Assembly: GCF_001194135.2 (NCBI RefSeq)
Contig: NC_068982.1
Span: 46,485,308-46,539,454, forward strand
From: Octopus bimaculoides
Taxonomy: Eukaryota
Length of the DNA stretch: 54,147 bases
Direction of reading: 5' to 3'
The position numbers and the translations under genes were made by a program. Positions 32,975 through 46,587 of this stretch are shown here, one piece after another (the stretch's first letter is position 1; every line of letters starts with the position of its first letter). Under the pieces are notes generated by a model, which did no database searches, was not told the origin of the DNA, and worked only from the letters and a program-made list of their open reading frames with translations.

Positions 32975-35239
32975 CATATTATTTGCGTATTACGCCGATT
33001 TTGTTGTGAAGGCTTGTTTAGTATTTGAAGGTAATTGAATAGAAAATGGCACTGTACTGGTTACGTATTGAGAAAGTCCCATGACTTTTTGTGGGGGCGG
33101 ATTCTGAGTTGCACATGTATCGAGTAATCGATAAACTAAAGTACCACAAAGCTGCTAATTTATCCTTGCCTCAAAATTCCTAAAATACTGCATAAATTAG
33201 AAACCGTTACTATTATTAGAGATCTGAGAGAATCGTTAGAGCGTCGAAAAAATTCTTTGCGACATTTGTTTTGGCTCTATATATTCCGTGACAGCCCTTC
33301 ATTTTTCCACCACAAAAAATACATATTGCCTACAACAGACTCAAAGGTGGTGCTGACCCATAAAAATGAAGCCCAGGGTGAATCGCCCCCTCTGGCTACG
33401 CTAGTGTGCCAACATCAATGTTGTGTTTCATCTCTTCAGAGTTGATATAATAAAGTGGGGTAATAATGTCGATGATTTCGACTAACACCTGACCCCCAGA
33501 ATTGCTGGCCTTGTGCCCAAATCAGAAGCAATTATTTTGCTTATTGCTATTGACTTTACCGAGAAAAGATGGGGTTTAATAGTTACATTTAAATTTTTGA
33601 TATTACTTCTTTTTTTGACAAGTAAAATAGTTGTAGTTATTCTTATTACATCGATGAAGAGGAAAAGAAACTTGGGATAAGAATTTTATTATTCGTTGCA
33701 TGTTCCATTTGTGCAGGAAGAACCATATATACAACGTAGCTTCAATGATATTTGTATTTTTGTTAGAAATGTTTCCTCATAACGACGGTGGCTACCGTTT
33801 TCCTTCGAAAGAAATTGAAATAATACACTAAAACAAATCCAATTTATGCGTCCATGCCGATAATACGAACAACAGTAACAACAACGACAACAATGACAGT
33901 AACGAACACAATACGAAGTGCAACAACACCAAAAATAACGACGACTACAACATGAATAACAATGACAACAACATAATCATTGAAATTATACAGAAACGAA
34001 CAGTAATGGCTACTACACAACAGCAACGTGGATGATGACAATGGTAAGGATAAAAGCGCCAAATAAAATTAAAATGAATACTTTCGTTCGTGTATCTTAA
34101 GCGACAATACAATTCGACGACGCAATAATACAGGAAAGGAAACAATAAGTCTATGAGGGAATTACACTTCAGAAAATAATTTTAATAAACAAACCGAGAA
34201 TTGCATGATAAACATCCGTTGTATCTTTTGAAAGAAAGAGGAAGTTTTCGATTAAATCAACCTAGGAGAGAGAAATTTGACATTGCAATTAAAGGTGTAA
34301 GGCCAAGTTGACCAAGATGGATTCGAGAGTATAATTAAATACATAAAAGTCTAACACAGTATGTGAAAGGGAAGCCTCACTGTAAGATTAGTTATGTTTT
34401 GTCTTGTGTGTTTACACACATATATACATACATACATACATACATTCATACATACATACATACATACATACATTCATACATACAAACATACATACATACA
34501 TACAACGAAACCGCTGACAGACATTACGTAAACTTCATTGCAAAAGATTCGTGTCGTTCTGCGTTTCTAAGATTATTTTTGAAATAGTTAATAACTTTTA
34601 AGTAAAATCTCTATTCGAAAATTGCGACTTCCTCACTTTTTGCAATAAGTTATATACATACACATNNNNNNNNNNNNNNNNNNNNNNNNNNNNNNNNNNN
34701 NNNNNNNNNNNNNNNNNNNNNNNNNNNNNNNNNNNNNNNNNNNNNNNNNNNNNNNNNNNNNNNNNNNNNNNNNNNNNNNNNNNNNNNNNNNNNNNNNNNN
34801 NNNNNNNNNNNNNNNNNNNNNNNNNNNNNNNNNNNNNNNNNNNNNNNNNNNNNNNNNNNNNNNNNNNNNNNNNNNNNNNNNNNNNNNNNNNNNNNNNNNN
34901 NNNNNNNNNNNNNNNNNNNNNNNNNNNNNNNNNNNNNNNNNNNNNNNNNNNNNNNNNNNNNNNNNNNNNNNNNNNNNNNNNNNNNNNNNNNNNNNNNNNN
35001 NNNNNNNNNNNNNNNNNNNNNNNNNNNNNNNNNNNNNNNNNNNNNNNNNNNNNNNNNNNNNNNNNNNNNNNNNNNNNNNNNNNNNNNNNNNNNNNNNNNN
35101 NNNNNNNNNNNNNNNNNNNNNNNNNNNNNNNNNNNNNNNNNNNNNNNNNNNNNNNNNNNNNNNNNNNNNNNNNNNNNNNNNNNNNNNNNNNNNNNNNNNN
35201 NNNNNNNNNNNNNNNNNNNNNNNCCCAGCTCGCCACCTT

Positions 35240-35470
<231 letters not shown>

Positions 35471-35479
35471 TGTTGATGT

Positions 35480-35612
35480 TTAAAATTTTGGATCAAGGCC
35501 AACAATTTCGATGGAAGGGGTAAGCTGATTACATCGACCCAGTAACAAACTGGTACTTATTCTATCGACCCCGAAGAGATGAAACATAAAATCAATGTTG
35601 GTGGAATTCGAA
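35480..35612 (-). mobile_element. SINE type B 3' part
   Basis: GATTACATCGACCCAG..CTGGTACTTATTCTATCGACCCCGAAGAGATGAAA. Confidence 0.75.
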
Positions 35613-35936
35613 CAACTGAAAATATTGTTTACATTTAAAATCTTAATCCCGTATTATTGCAGCCTTGAGATCAGCCTCGGGGAAATTAAGAAACGAACCA
35701 ACCACCATGGTAGGTAACACTCTGCAATTAAGGCTTGAAAAACAAACACGGTGACTGAATTTTCTTCTCCGAGAAATAGGCATTCACAAAACCAATTTCT
35801 AGCAACGAGAAGATGAAGGATGGAGCCCACGATCAGAATTTTCTCCAGTCACAAACATCGTATACGGGCGTGATCTTTCAGACGATATTGTGAAAGATGG
35901 CGTTACAATGGTAAGATACTAGCTGAAAATGGAGGA

Positions 35937-36820
35937 TGTAGTATCGAAAGGTTCCAGGAATAGTTCTGTAGCACACCAGCTGATGGCAGCACACGGTTGC
36001 GTGCGCAATGAGAGCTAGCAGTGACATCCATGAAGCAGTTTTCCGAGTTACGCCGTTGTGTTTACTTCGCAAGTTGTGAAATTTGTGGTTCTGTGATTAC
36101 GTGTATGGTGTAGTCATGGATTTTGTCATGGACAGGAAGGTGAAACAAAGAGCCAACATGAAATTTCGCGTTAAACTTGTGAAGTCTGCTACAGAGACAT
36201 TCAGCATGCTTCGGCAAGTTTACAGTGACGAGTCAGTGGGTCGTATGCAATGTTTCGAGTGGCGCGGAAAAACGTCAAAAGTGGAAGAACGTCCAAAGAA
36301 GAAGACGAGCGATCTGGAAGACCTGCCGTGAGTGTCGACCCCGGAAATGTGGAGTCTCGTCGCAAGACAATCAACGACGTTCTGAAGCATTTGAGGGAGG
36401 ACATTTGGCGAGACCAACCGGATCTGTGGAGCGAGAAGAATTGGATTCTTCACGGTGACATTGCACCCTGTCACCAAGCTCTCCTCACACGTAAGTTTCT
36501 CGCCAAAAACAACATGTTATCGCTTGGTATTACTTTGCTTCTGCACCCTCACCAGATTTAGCATCTGCGGACTTCTATCTCTTCCTGAAGATGAATATGG
36601 AGCTCAAAGTTCGCCATTTTAACACTGTTGTTGAGATCAAAAGGGAATCGCAGAAGATCCTCGACTTGCTTACGGAAAACCAATTCCAGTCCGGATTCCG
36701 AAAGTCTCCGGTGTATTGCTGTGCAAGATGACTATTTCGAAGGAGATGATGTTAAAACTTAGGTAAATAAGTTATTTTTCATTAAACATAACTAGTCCAG
36801 GAACTTTGTGATACCACCTA
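35937..36820 (+). mobile_element. Internally deleted mariner (irritans/Hsmar2-like)
   Basis: Diverged 28-bp TIRs (35937-64 and 36791-818, about 21/28 match). Transposase pieces: QRANMKFRVKL, KSATETF, QCFEW, ERSGRP, NWILHGDIAPCH, DLASADFYLF and DYFEGD. Confidence 0.85.
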
Positions 36821-37512
36821 TTCTCAATGATTGAACTGGTGACTTGATCTGGTTTATAACTGTCTGTAAAAATCACTATTACTGGAAGACAGTGTATTGC
36901 AGAAAGAGGCAACTCGGTGGGCTCGTTGGCTACAAAGGTAATTCCTCCGCGGGGCCAAAGCTGAATTTCTGTGAGTGCGTGTATGTGTCTATGAGAGAGA
37001 GAGGGGGAGGAGGAAACAGAGAGTAAGTGTGAGTGAGTATGTGTGTTCGTACACAAATTTACATAAGACATTAGCGTTTTTCAATATTGTGTAATATGCA
37101 AGAAATAATGTATGGTTCAATGAAAGAAATGCCAATTGAAAATTTTTTGAGATTTTATCTAATTTCGTAGACCCTGAGAATAACAGATGCACACGTTTAC
37201 TAAGATATTTAAACCAAGACTAAACTACTGAGATAATCTACTCTCATAAAATAAACGTAATCTAAGATCAATGGTAAAGCAGGTGCTAGGTACGTTTCTT
37301 CATATTTCCACGTTCATTTTTGCTATTGTTGTTGTTGTTGTTGATACATGGACCTAAAACATCCTGAAGGAAGAGTAAGGCTAGATAACATTCGTTGTTG
37401 TTATTGTTCTTGTGATAGTTGTTCTTTTCATTGTTGTTGTTACACCAGCTGCTAGTGCTGGTTGTGATGGCGGCGGGAGTAGTAGTTGTGGTGGCGATGG
37501 TAGTTTAGTTAC

Positions 37513-37514
<2 letters not shown>

Positions 37515-37549
<35 letters not shown>

Positions 37550-37639
37550 GCTGCTGCTGCTGAGCACTGACATCAACCATGCCTGTCAATGGCATTCCAG
37601 TTATACCCGTCTCATCTCTCTCTCTCTCACTCTCTCTCT

Positions 37640-37725
<86 letters not shown>
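37515..37725. repeat. (TTG)n/(CTG)n and (CT)n microsatellites
   Basis: Direct inspection. Confidence 0.9.
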
Positions 37726-37726
<1 letters not shown>

Positions 37727-37877
37727 TCTCGCCAGGCATAGTATAATTACAACTTCATTTTCCAATATACTTATGTATGATTACAAGGTGTATTTGACGG
37801 TGAAGATTTCACTGTATTTCTAACAAGTTCAGCGAACTACTTGATGTTATGAGAACATAATGAAATCATTCATCTCC

Positions 37878-38085
37878 CTCGAAACAAATATTGAGTAACG
37901 ATCGTGAATTCGATTTCAGGACCGTGTCGTGCGTTCTGTTCTTGAAAAAAAAAAAAACCACTTCATTTCACGTTGCTCTGTGATCACTTCAACGTCTGAC
38001 ATGTGATATATGCAGTGCATTTGCATGGGTAATGCCGATATAACGTAGAGATTGAGCTCGTATACAATACAGACATTTGATCACA
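37878..38085 (+). mobile_element. SINE type C partial copy, another 3' body
   Basis: GATCGTGAATTCGATTTCAGGACC..TTCTTG(A)n..CACTTCATTTCACGTTGCTC, then an unrelated body. Confidence 0.6.
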
Positions 38086-38559
38086 CAAAAAAAATATATT
38101 ATTTATGCAGGTTGCTTAGCAAAAAGTTGCAGAACAATCATCTATCGTTTACAACTGGCGAATACGCCACAGCTTTTATATATATTTCAATAACGCTTCT
38201 TGTGCAACCTGCTTTCGTTTCTGTTTCGTAACATTTCATCGTACTTCATGTAACACTTCTTGACGTAGGCATTCCATGAAGCCCTTGTACAATTAACAAT
38301 AACATTATCTCGTCAAGCAGACTTGCCACATTCATATCAACTTATTGATGATTAAGGAATATATTTTCCCATTCTCTGATTATAATAGAATATAAACTCT
38401 TCTTAATTGAATTATACTAAGTTACATTTTTTTATTGAATTTGTATTTTGTTTTAACTGAATTTATATTAACCACTCTCTCTTTATCAAACTGCATCAGT
38501 CTAAGTCCAGAAAAAGTTATCAAGTGATATTGTTGTTTAATATATATATATATATGTAC

Positions 38560-39230
38560 ATATTAATATATGAATATATGTATGTGCATATGTGCGTGTG
38601 TACGTGTGTGTGTGTATGTGAATGAGTGAGTGCACAGGCGTCATCCGGAATTATTCTTCTCTCTGCGCTCCTTTGCGCCACATGGACTCAACTCACCCCC
38701 TCTCTTCCTCTGACACCAACCTCACCTCCTCCCTTCATTTGATACCAACCCCACACAACTCCACACACACTAGCACCCACACCACACACCATTATCCGCA
38801 CGCCCACACACAATCTTCCAGAGCGTCACCATACAGACCACTATATGAGCAGCCACACAAACTGTTTAACTTAGCACACACCACATACCATCATGCACAA
38901 TCCCACACCCACACAAGCGAGGCAACCATTACGTTCACTGTGAACACAGGTTATATATGCATACACATGCAACACTCATTAATACACACAACATACATAA
39001 ACAATGACAACTTTCGTCCACATATATACACCATACACATGCACACTGTTTGGTCACATACACACACACATGTGCACACACCACGTGAAAAAGCACACAT
39101 CAACTGCTACACACAATATACGCACACACACTCGTTACACACGCACACACACACGTCAGAGTCACTCGTCCCTATTCACACACACTTACACACTCACACA
39201 CACCATTCTCGCATACATACACGCGCACCT
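38560..39230. repeat. Old degenerate CA-rich low-complexity tract
   Basis: CACAC-rich throughout; source of the 211-aa His/Thr-rich ORF. Confidence 0.8.
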
Positions 39231-39768
39231 TCTTTTGTTGAGATCACCAGCACTTAATTATTTCCTTTTCATTCAACCTCTTTTTTTCCCAATCATTCGC
39301 CATGTTTGACTGCTGAAATCTATAGTTTTTTTTTTTCATTCTCTCTGTTTATTTTCTCTCATACCTTTCTGTTGAAGAATGTAGGTACTAAACGTAAAAT
39401 ACTTTTTCATTTTCCGAGCGCCAAACTAATACACTTACTTGTTGTTCATACACATGTCTTCGTCGTTTGTTTTTCTATAAATTTCAACTATACATATGTA
39501 TGTACGTAAAGAGAGCATGAAGTCAGGTGTGAATGGTGAAAATGGATCTAATTTTCCCATATGATTACAGCCGTTTCGTAACCGTCTTCGTGTAATATTA
39601 ATTTTAGTATACATTACACTACATTATAATCGGTTACTACGGAGACCGATAGCCGATTTCCAGTGGGGAGCTAAACGTGATACCATATGATTCTCTGAAT
39701 TCATACTGGATTCTTCTCTTATACAATTGGTATGATTTATTCAACTCTTATTCTTATTTATTCTACCA

Positions 39769-40072
39769 CACCGTCGGTTTCAGTAGATCAGATCAGAGGA
39801 ACAGACTGCTCGTGAAATTAGCGTGTAGGTGGCTGAGTACTCCCCAGACGCGTGTACCTTTAACGTAGTTCTCAGGGAGATTCAGCGTGACACAGAATGT
39901 GACAAGGCCGGCCCTTTGAAATACAGGTACAGCTCGCTTTTGCCAGCTGAGTGGACTGCAGCAACGTGAAACAAAGTAACTTACTCAAGGACACAACCCG
40001 CCGCCGGGAATCGAACTCACAACTTGACGATCATGAACCGATTACCCTAACCACTGAGCCACTTGCCTTCAC
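39769..40072 (-). mobile_element. SINE type C with a third 3' body variant
   Basis: Body (CTGTATTTCAAAGGGCCGGCCTTGTCAC..AATTTCACGAGCAG) is shared with 51530-51810. Confidence 0.85.
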
Positions 40073-40091
40073 TCTTGTGTGTGTATGTATA

Positions 40092-40124
<33 letters not shown>

Positions 40125-40937
40125 GCGCGCACACATACATATATGCATACATACGTACATACATACATACATACACACACATTATATGAGGGTCTAATGT
40201 TCACTTATTTATGATTTAAGATATAATTTGACATAGATTTGAACTACTATTTCTAGCACATCTCAGCGACTATGTAGCGGCTTCCAATGTAGTTAGAATT
40301 GGCAGTAAGTATACGAAGAAAATGACCTCGCACATCATATAGTAAGTATTCTTATAAGTGGAAAATCATAAACCCAGCTCAGGAAGCCTTTCAGCATTTT
40401 GTTATGCAAATTACATACAGAATATTGTTATAAACGAGACGAAACTTCAACCATTTGAAATACGATGCATAATCTAACTAACTGCACGACCACCATCATC
40501 GACATCACCCCAAACATCATTTCCGCTTTCTACAAATGATAAATCGGAGAATTGATCGTTCTGTTCACCATAAATGTCTTAACACAGCCTTAATAGATAT
40601 TGAATGATTTGACAGCAGGAAGAGAATTGTTCGATCGATCAGTATAGATGCGCATGCTTTTTAGACAAAGGCGAAATCTCTATTACTGATGATTTAGTGA
40701 TCCGGATTGTTATATTATTTCAATAAACCCATCGTGATAATGTTTTTTTTTTCTTTTTACTCTTTCTACATCTCTTTCACCTCCTCCCTATCTCATGTTC
40801 ATTCATACAGACACGCACCTTTGCCCTTACGTATATAAACAGATGCAAATGTATGAATGGGTAAACATGATACTCAACCACACAATCATACTAGTGAAGC
40901 TATCGATAGACAGTGTACTGTATATAAAAAGGAAATA

Positions 40938-41152
40938 TCGGTTTCAAATTTTGGCACAAGGCCACTAATTTCGTGGGAAGTGGTTTAGTCGATTACATCG
41001 ATGCCAGTGCTCAAATGGTTTTTATTTCATAGACCTCGAAATGATGAATGGCAAAGTCGACCCCCGGCAGATTTTGAACTCAGAATGTAAAGACGGATGA
41101 AATGCTACAAAACATTTTGCCCGGCGTGCTAACGATTCTCTCAGTCCACCGA
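40938..41152 (-). mobile_element. SINE type B
   Basis: Head GAATCGTTAGCACGCCGGGCAAAATG, core and tail are present. Confidence 0.85.
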
Positions 41153-41269
41153 CTGAAACTGGTCTATATTCTTAAATTACATCCGTGTTGTGAATGGAAA
41201 TGTAATAGATCGAAAACTCAACTATAATAATAACTATCGTTATTATTATAATAATAGAATAATATATAT

Positions 41270-41354
41270 CGTGATAAGTGTAATACTTAAATGCGTTCCG
41301 CAATCATCAGGTTTCTGTAGTAGTGGTGACAGTCGTCTTCCACAACCGACAACT
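41270..41354 (+). repeat. 85-bp module A, inverted partner at 44605-44689
   Basis: 3 mismatches in 85 bp against the reverse complement of 44605-44689. Confidence 0.9.
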
Positions 41355-41355
41355 G

Positions 41356-41405
<50 letters not shown>

Positions 41406-41406
41406 G

Positions 41407-41452
<46 letters not shown>

Positions 41453-41680
41453 AATTAAAAGGGTAAAGGATTATCAATTTATTAATTCATTAATAAATCA
41501 ACAATTAATAATTAATAATTTTTACCAAGCCCATCGGTATGTAAGCACCATTATTGGTGGAGAACTTATTTAAAAGCTCATATATATTTATAAACATAAT
41601 TAAGGGATCAGCAAATATTTGCTTCACCATATACCGAAGTTCAGAAATAGCAGCTAAAAAAGCTATATATATATATATAT

Positions 41681-41905
41681 CTGTTTAGTTTTGTTTGGGC
41701 AAAAGCCTCAGAATGTGCTCTTAAAAGCTCCTGTGCTTTTCCTTGTCGGCTACCACCTGTTAATACCATATTCTAGAGTAATCCGATGGTGTGGTTATAC
41801 AAGGTAGAACTCCCTTCAGCTTAGGATAAATATGATAATAACAATAATAACTTGCAGATGAAAATTCATAGGCTTTATTAATGCACACAGCATATGTTTC
41901 TGCAC
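41681..41905 (+). repeat. About 225-bp module B, inverted partner at 43850-44080
   Basis: Colinear and roughly 75-80% identical by eye (for example GGCAAAAGCCTCAGAAT, CTCTTAAAAGCTCC, GCTTAGGATAAATAT). Confidence 0.85.
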
Positions 41906-41955
41906 CCAACACGCTCATTAGATAACACTCTTCTACATTCATAAGATATTACTTA

Positions 41956-43270
41956 CTAGAGGGACCTGTGAATATTTCACGTAATTAATAGTAAAACTAT
42001 AGGGTTATTCCTGAAGACTTTATCCAAAAAGCCTGAAAGCGTAGTCTGTGTTGTGTGTGTGTCAAAAAGATAGTCGCCCATCTGCTATTCATTGGAAAAT
42101 GAAGTAACTGGAATACGATGATTATTTAATGCACTTTATATATATACTTTATATACTTTATGCACAATTTTATAGACTTAATACACAACACTCACAAAAT
42201 AAATATTCACTCTTATTTTTCCATTTTTCCCGTTAAACTGAAAAAATTACATTTTCAAATTTACATGGTCACAATTTCATATCTAGAAAACAAAAAAATT
42301 TTATATTAAAAGAACTATTTTATATCTAAAATATAGCTGTCATAATTTCACAAGAGTAAAAGTTTAATGCAACATGGCATACTTTGAAAACCATATTGTT
42401 GGTAACTTATAAGACAAGGCGATGGATCAGAGCCAATACACATTTCAATTGGCGTACACCATTCAGTCCAATACTTCCTTGCGGGCAATGTTCTTCGTGT
42501 AAGTTCTCCTTCTTCTTTTCCCTTGTTTTTAAGTGTTGTTAACTTTAACTCTCACATCAGGTAATTTGCAAACCTTTGAGAATGCAACATATAGCTGACC
42601 ATGGCCGAATTCAGGTTCAGGCAAGAACAGCCGCAGTTTATCAAATATCTGTTCTTGTGGTTTATTGATAGTCATTGCATATGAAAAGCGAACGGGAAAC
42701 TGGTTTCTTTCTGAAGTGAATGGCAAGTTTTGGATGCGCATGTGTTAAGTAATAGGTAATATAAAAAAAAAAAGTTAGCTCAGTTAAAAGAAAAATTACT
42801 TTTCACTATGCACTCACCATCTCCAGCTCCACCGCCACCATTACCATCATCTCTCTCTCTCTCTCTGCCTTTCTTTAATCTCACCATCAGAACATCACCC
42901 CTCTGCTAAAATAATACTCCTAAACTTCCTCTATATCACTACCTTCGACTAACTTTTTTAATAAATATTACGTAATAAATATTTTTAATAATATTACGTA
43001 ATAAATATTAAGTTCTCCCTACCACATGTCATGGACGCTTCTCTCTGTTTTTTCTCTCTCTTTCTGCCTCACTCTTCACCTTATCCTCTTTTTCCCTTTC
43101 CTTTTTCTTGCTCTTGTTCTCTCTTTCCCCTTCAACTAATCACGCGAAAGCGTTACAAATACGTTCCTTCTACCTCACGTTATGGACGCTTCTCTCACCT
43201 TCTTTTTCCCTCTCCCTCTTTCCTTTCTTCCTCTTTTTCTCTAATCACGTGAATGCGTTACCGACAGGCT
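41956..43270 (-). mobile_element. Helitron relic with 3' terminus and helicase fragment
   Basis: Minus hairpin CGTGAAATATTCACAGG then CTAG-T (41956-59); ORF 42529-42741 QFPVRFSYAMTINK..GHGQLYVAFSKV. The 5' limit is uncertain; tandem about 125-bp units at 43010-43260. Confidence 0.75.
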
Positions 43271-43522
43271 AAGTAACATAATGACAAGCAGAATTATTAT
43301 GAGAGGATTACTCTTCATATTTAGGAATTTGAAGTTTTTCGTTTTTCATCCCCCCTTTTCAACGTGGATGCTTCCTCAGGTGTGGCATTTTTGTTTCTGC
43401 AAGCCGGCTCTGCTGACTTTAAGGACATTTACAATTTTACATCAATTAAATCATTTTATTCAATTGTTGGCCTTTTCTTGTGACTAATCACAGATAAACA
43501 TATCTTATGAATAAGGAATATT

Positions 43523-43732
43523 CTTTACTACTCTCGGCACAAGGCCCCAAATTTTTGGGGAAGAGCAGTCGATTAGATTGACCCCAGTACGCAGCTGGTA
43601 CTTAATTTATCGAACACGAAAGGATGAAAGGCAAAGTTAATCTCGGTGAAATTTGAGCTCAGGACGTAAAGACAGACGAAATACCGCTAAGCATTTCCCC
43701 CAGCGTGCTAACGTTTCTGCCAGCTCGCCGCC
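43523..43732 (-). mobile_element. Full-length SINE type B
   Basis: GGCGGCGAGCTGGCAGAAACGTTAGCACG head through to the tail. Confidence 0.9.
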
Positions 43733-44206
43733 TTGGCTGGATGGTAATATTATCTGGATTGTATATTAGTAATAATTATAACAGTAGAAAATATAGAGGC
43801 TGGTACATCCTTATGAATAAGGAATATTATTGCTGAATCAACGTGTGGCGGTGTAGAAACATATTTTGTAATACATTAATAAAGCCTGTGAATTTCCATC
43901 TCCAATTTATTATTGTTATTATTATATTTATCCTAAGCTAAAGGGAGTTCCACGTTGTATAACCATACGATCGAATTACCCAAGAAGATGGAATTAACAG
44001 GTGGTAACCGACAAAGAGAAGCACGGGAGCTTTTAAGAGCGTATTCTGAGGCTTTTGCCGAAACACAGCTAAACCGATATATATATATAGATTCAAGGTG
44101 AATATGGTACTTAAGTTTAGGCACCAGAATTAATTTGGTATTATCCATACAATTTCAAAATAAGGTGATTAAAATCAAAATAAGCAACAAGAATATCCAA
44201 AGTTAA

Positions 44207-44294
44207 TACAGTACGATCGTTTCATGCGACTCCATTTATTTAAGCAATGTCAACATTACATCGAATGTAAAATGCAGAGCAATTCTCAGCTGCA
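44207..44294 (-). ncRNA. Second candidate PLE-type minimal hammerhead (decayed)
   Basis: Minus: TGCAG-CTGAGA (one core base missing)-[60 nt]-GAAAC-GATC-GTA-CTGTA; palindromic CGATCG in stem III. Confidence 0.45.
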
Positions 44295-44942
44295 CAAAAA
44301 TTTAGAAATTTACTGAAATTACATTTCAACAGAAGGATATATTTTTGTAACTACATTTAAACTCTCCAAGTAGAAAGGAAGAATACAAAAAAACTTGGAG
44401 AGTTTNNNNNNNNNNNNNNNNNNNNNNNNNNNNNNNNNNNNNNNNNNNNNNNNNNNNNNNNNNNNNNNNNNNNNNNNNNNNNNNNNNNNNNNNNNNNNNN
44501 NNNNNNNNNNNNNNNNNNNNNNNNNNNNNNNNNNNNNNNNNNNNNNNNNNNNNNNNNNNNNNNNNNNATATATATATATATATATATACATATATATACA
44601 CGTAAGTTGTCGGTTGTGGAAGACGACTGTCACCACTACTACATAAACCTAATGATTGCGGAACGCATTTAAGTATTACATTTATCACGTTATATATTAT
44701 TTTATTATTATAATATTATAATAAATTGTAAAAATTATAAATAATAAAACGCGAAAATCAGACTATGTTGGGTTGACAAGCAATATAATTGACAGTGCAT
44801 ACATGTATATATATGTAACTATGTATTATGTACGTATGCATATATATATATATTTTCTTTAAATTAATATAGGGTCGGAAAAATTATAGACATTTTTCTA
44901 CCTGTGGCCTAGCATGTATACAAAGTCAATAGACATATTTTT

Positions 44943-45297
44943 CATATAAAATTAGTGTACATTTAAACACAAAGAGGTAACCCTTAAACAGGTCGCCTTA
45001 CATACTAGAAGGAACAGTCAAAAAGTCCAAACCACAGTTATGAGCAATTTCAAAGGGAATGAAAAATAAAAACATTTACCATGTTTTACAGCCGGACCTT
45101 AGGTTTCGAACTTTAATTAGCAAATAAAATAATTTGCAAAGCGAAGTTCTCATCAGCGGATACGCCAAAACATTAACATATCAATTCGAAATTGCTCTTA
45201 ACTGTAGTTTGGACCTTTTGACTGTTCCTTCTAGTATGCAAGGCGACCTGTTTAAGGCTCACCTCTTTGTGTTTAAATGTAAACTAATTTATATATG
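44943..45297. mobile_element. Foldback-type MITE with about 110-bp inverted arms
   Basis: 44943-45051 versus the reverse complement of 45188-45297, about 90% identical; 136-bp spacer. Confidence 0.85.
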
Positions 45298-45969
45298 TAA
45301 ATATATATAAACTAGTGTATATATATATATATATAAGGTTGGCAAGCAATATTACTGACAGTGTATACATGTATAAGTATGTTTTATGCATTTATGCATA
45401 CATATATACAAATATATATAAACTTGGACACACACACACACACACGCACGCACACACACACACATATATATTATACGTCAATGTGAAAGCGTTCGTACGC
45501 GCATGTGTGTGCATCGGTTGTAAGGGAATTGTTGCACAGAATTCTTTCTGTCTTCACCATTTTCGCTCATCTCCCATTTCTTGTCCCACGACTATCAATC
45601 AGTTGTAATACAAAAATTAAAAGCAAAAAACAAAAACAACAAAAGCACCACGAAATATTCTTCATGAATTGAATATTAAAGAGTAATTTTTTTAACGACT
45701 TTTTAAACAGTTCAAAATTTTTTAAAAAAACCTCTTATTTTATATTATATGAGTAGTATTTGTATCGTTAAAACTATAACACGAGTTCAAAGCTTCTAAA
45801 ATGACATTTTTATGTCTTTTCAAATATAAATTCAAGTGAAGTTACATAGATAAGTATTTTCTGAAATAAATAAAAATAGATGAATTTTAAGGATAGGTGT
45901 GGAAGATAATTTTATTGTGGTGGATTTTTTTTTCTTGAATTATTTATAACAGCTATGTAAGATTCACTA

Positions 45970-45971
45970 GA

Positions 45972-46038
<67 letters not shown>

Positions 46039-46064
46039 ATCATCTTCATTATTATTATTATTAA

Positions 46065-46135
<71 letters not shown>
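45970..46135. repeat. (TTA)n and (TAG)n microsatellites
   Basis: Direct inspection. Confidence 0.9.
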
Positions 46136-46218
46136 TAAATGTCACGCAGGCTTGATCCTTGACATACCGAGTAATTCAGATTCTATTAGATTGTGTGTGT
46201 ATCTATATATATAGGCGG

Positions 46219-46255
<37 letters not shown>

Positions 46256-46425
46256 GATAGATACTTATATACATNNNNNNNNNNNNNNNNNNNNNNNNNN
46301 NNNNNNNNNNNNNNNNNNNNNNNNNNNNNNNNNNNNNNNNNNNNNNNNNNNNNNNNNNNNNNNNNNNNNNNNNNNNNNNNNNNNNNNNNNNNNNNNNNNN
46401 NNNNNNNNNNNNNNNNNNNNNTATA

Positions 46426-46456
<31 letters not shown>

Positions 46457-46551
46457 AGATATAGATATATAGATATATATGCTTATATGCATATACACAC
46501 ATATTAATATATAACGTTTTACACATGTATGTATATATGCATGCATGTATA

Positions 46552-46587
<36 letters not shown>

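Noticed and set aside
36844-36975. GC-richer unique patch encoding KRQLGGLVGYKG (neuropeptide-like dibasic site)
   Set aside because: No signal peptide or repeated peptide units; pattern too short.
38622-39257. 211-aa His/Thr-rich ORF
   Set aside because: Lies wholly in a degenerate CA-rich tract; no domain features.
44045-44075. CTGA-GGC-TTTT-GCC-GAAAC in module B'
   Set aside because: Lacks the NGA of the core in both B copies and has no cleavage triplet with stem I; at most a distant relic.
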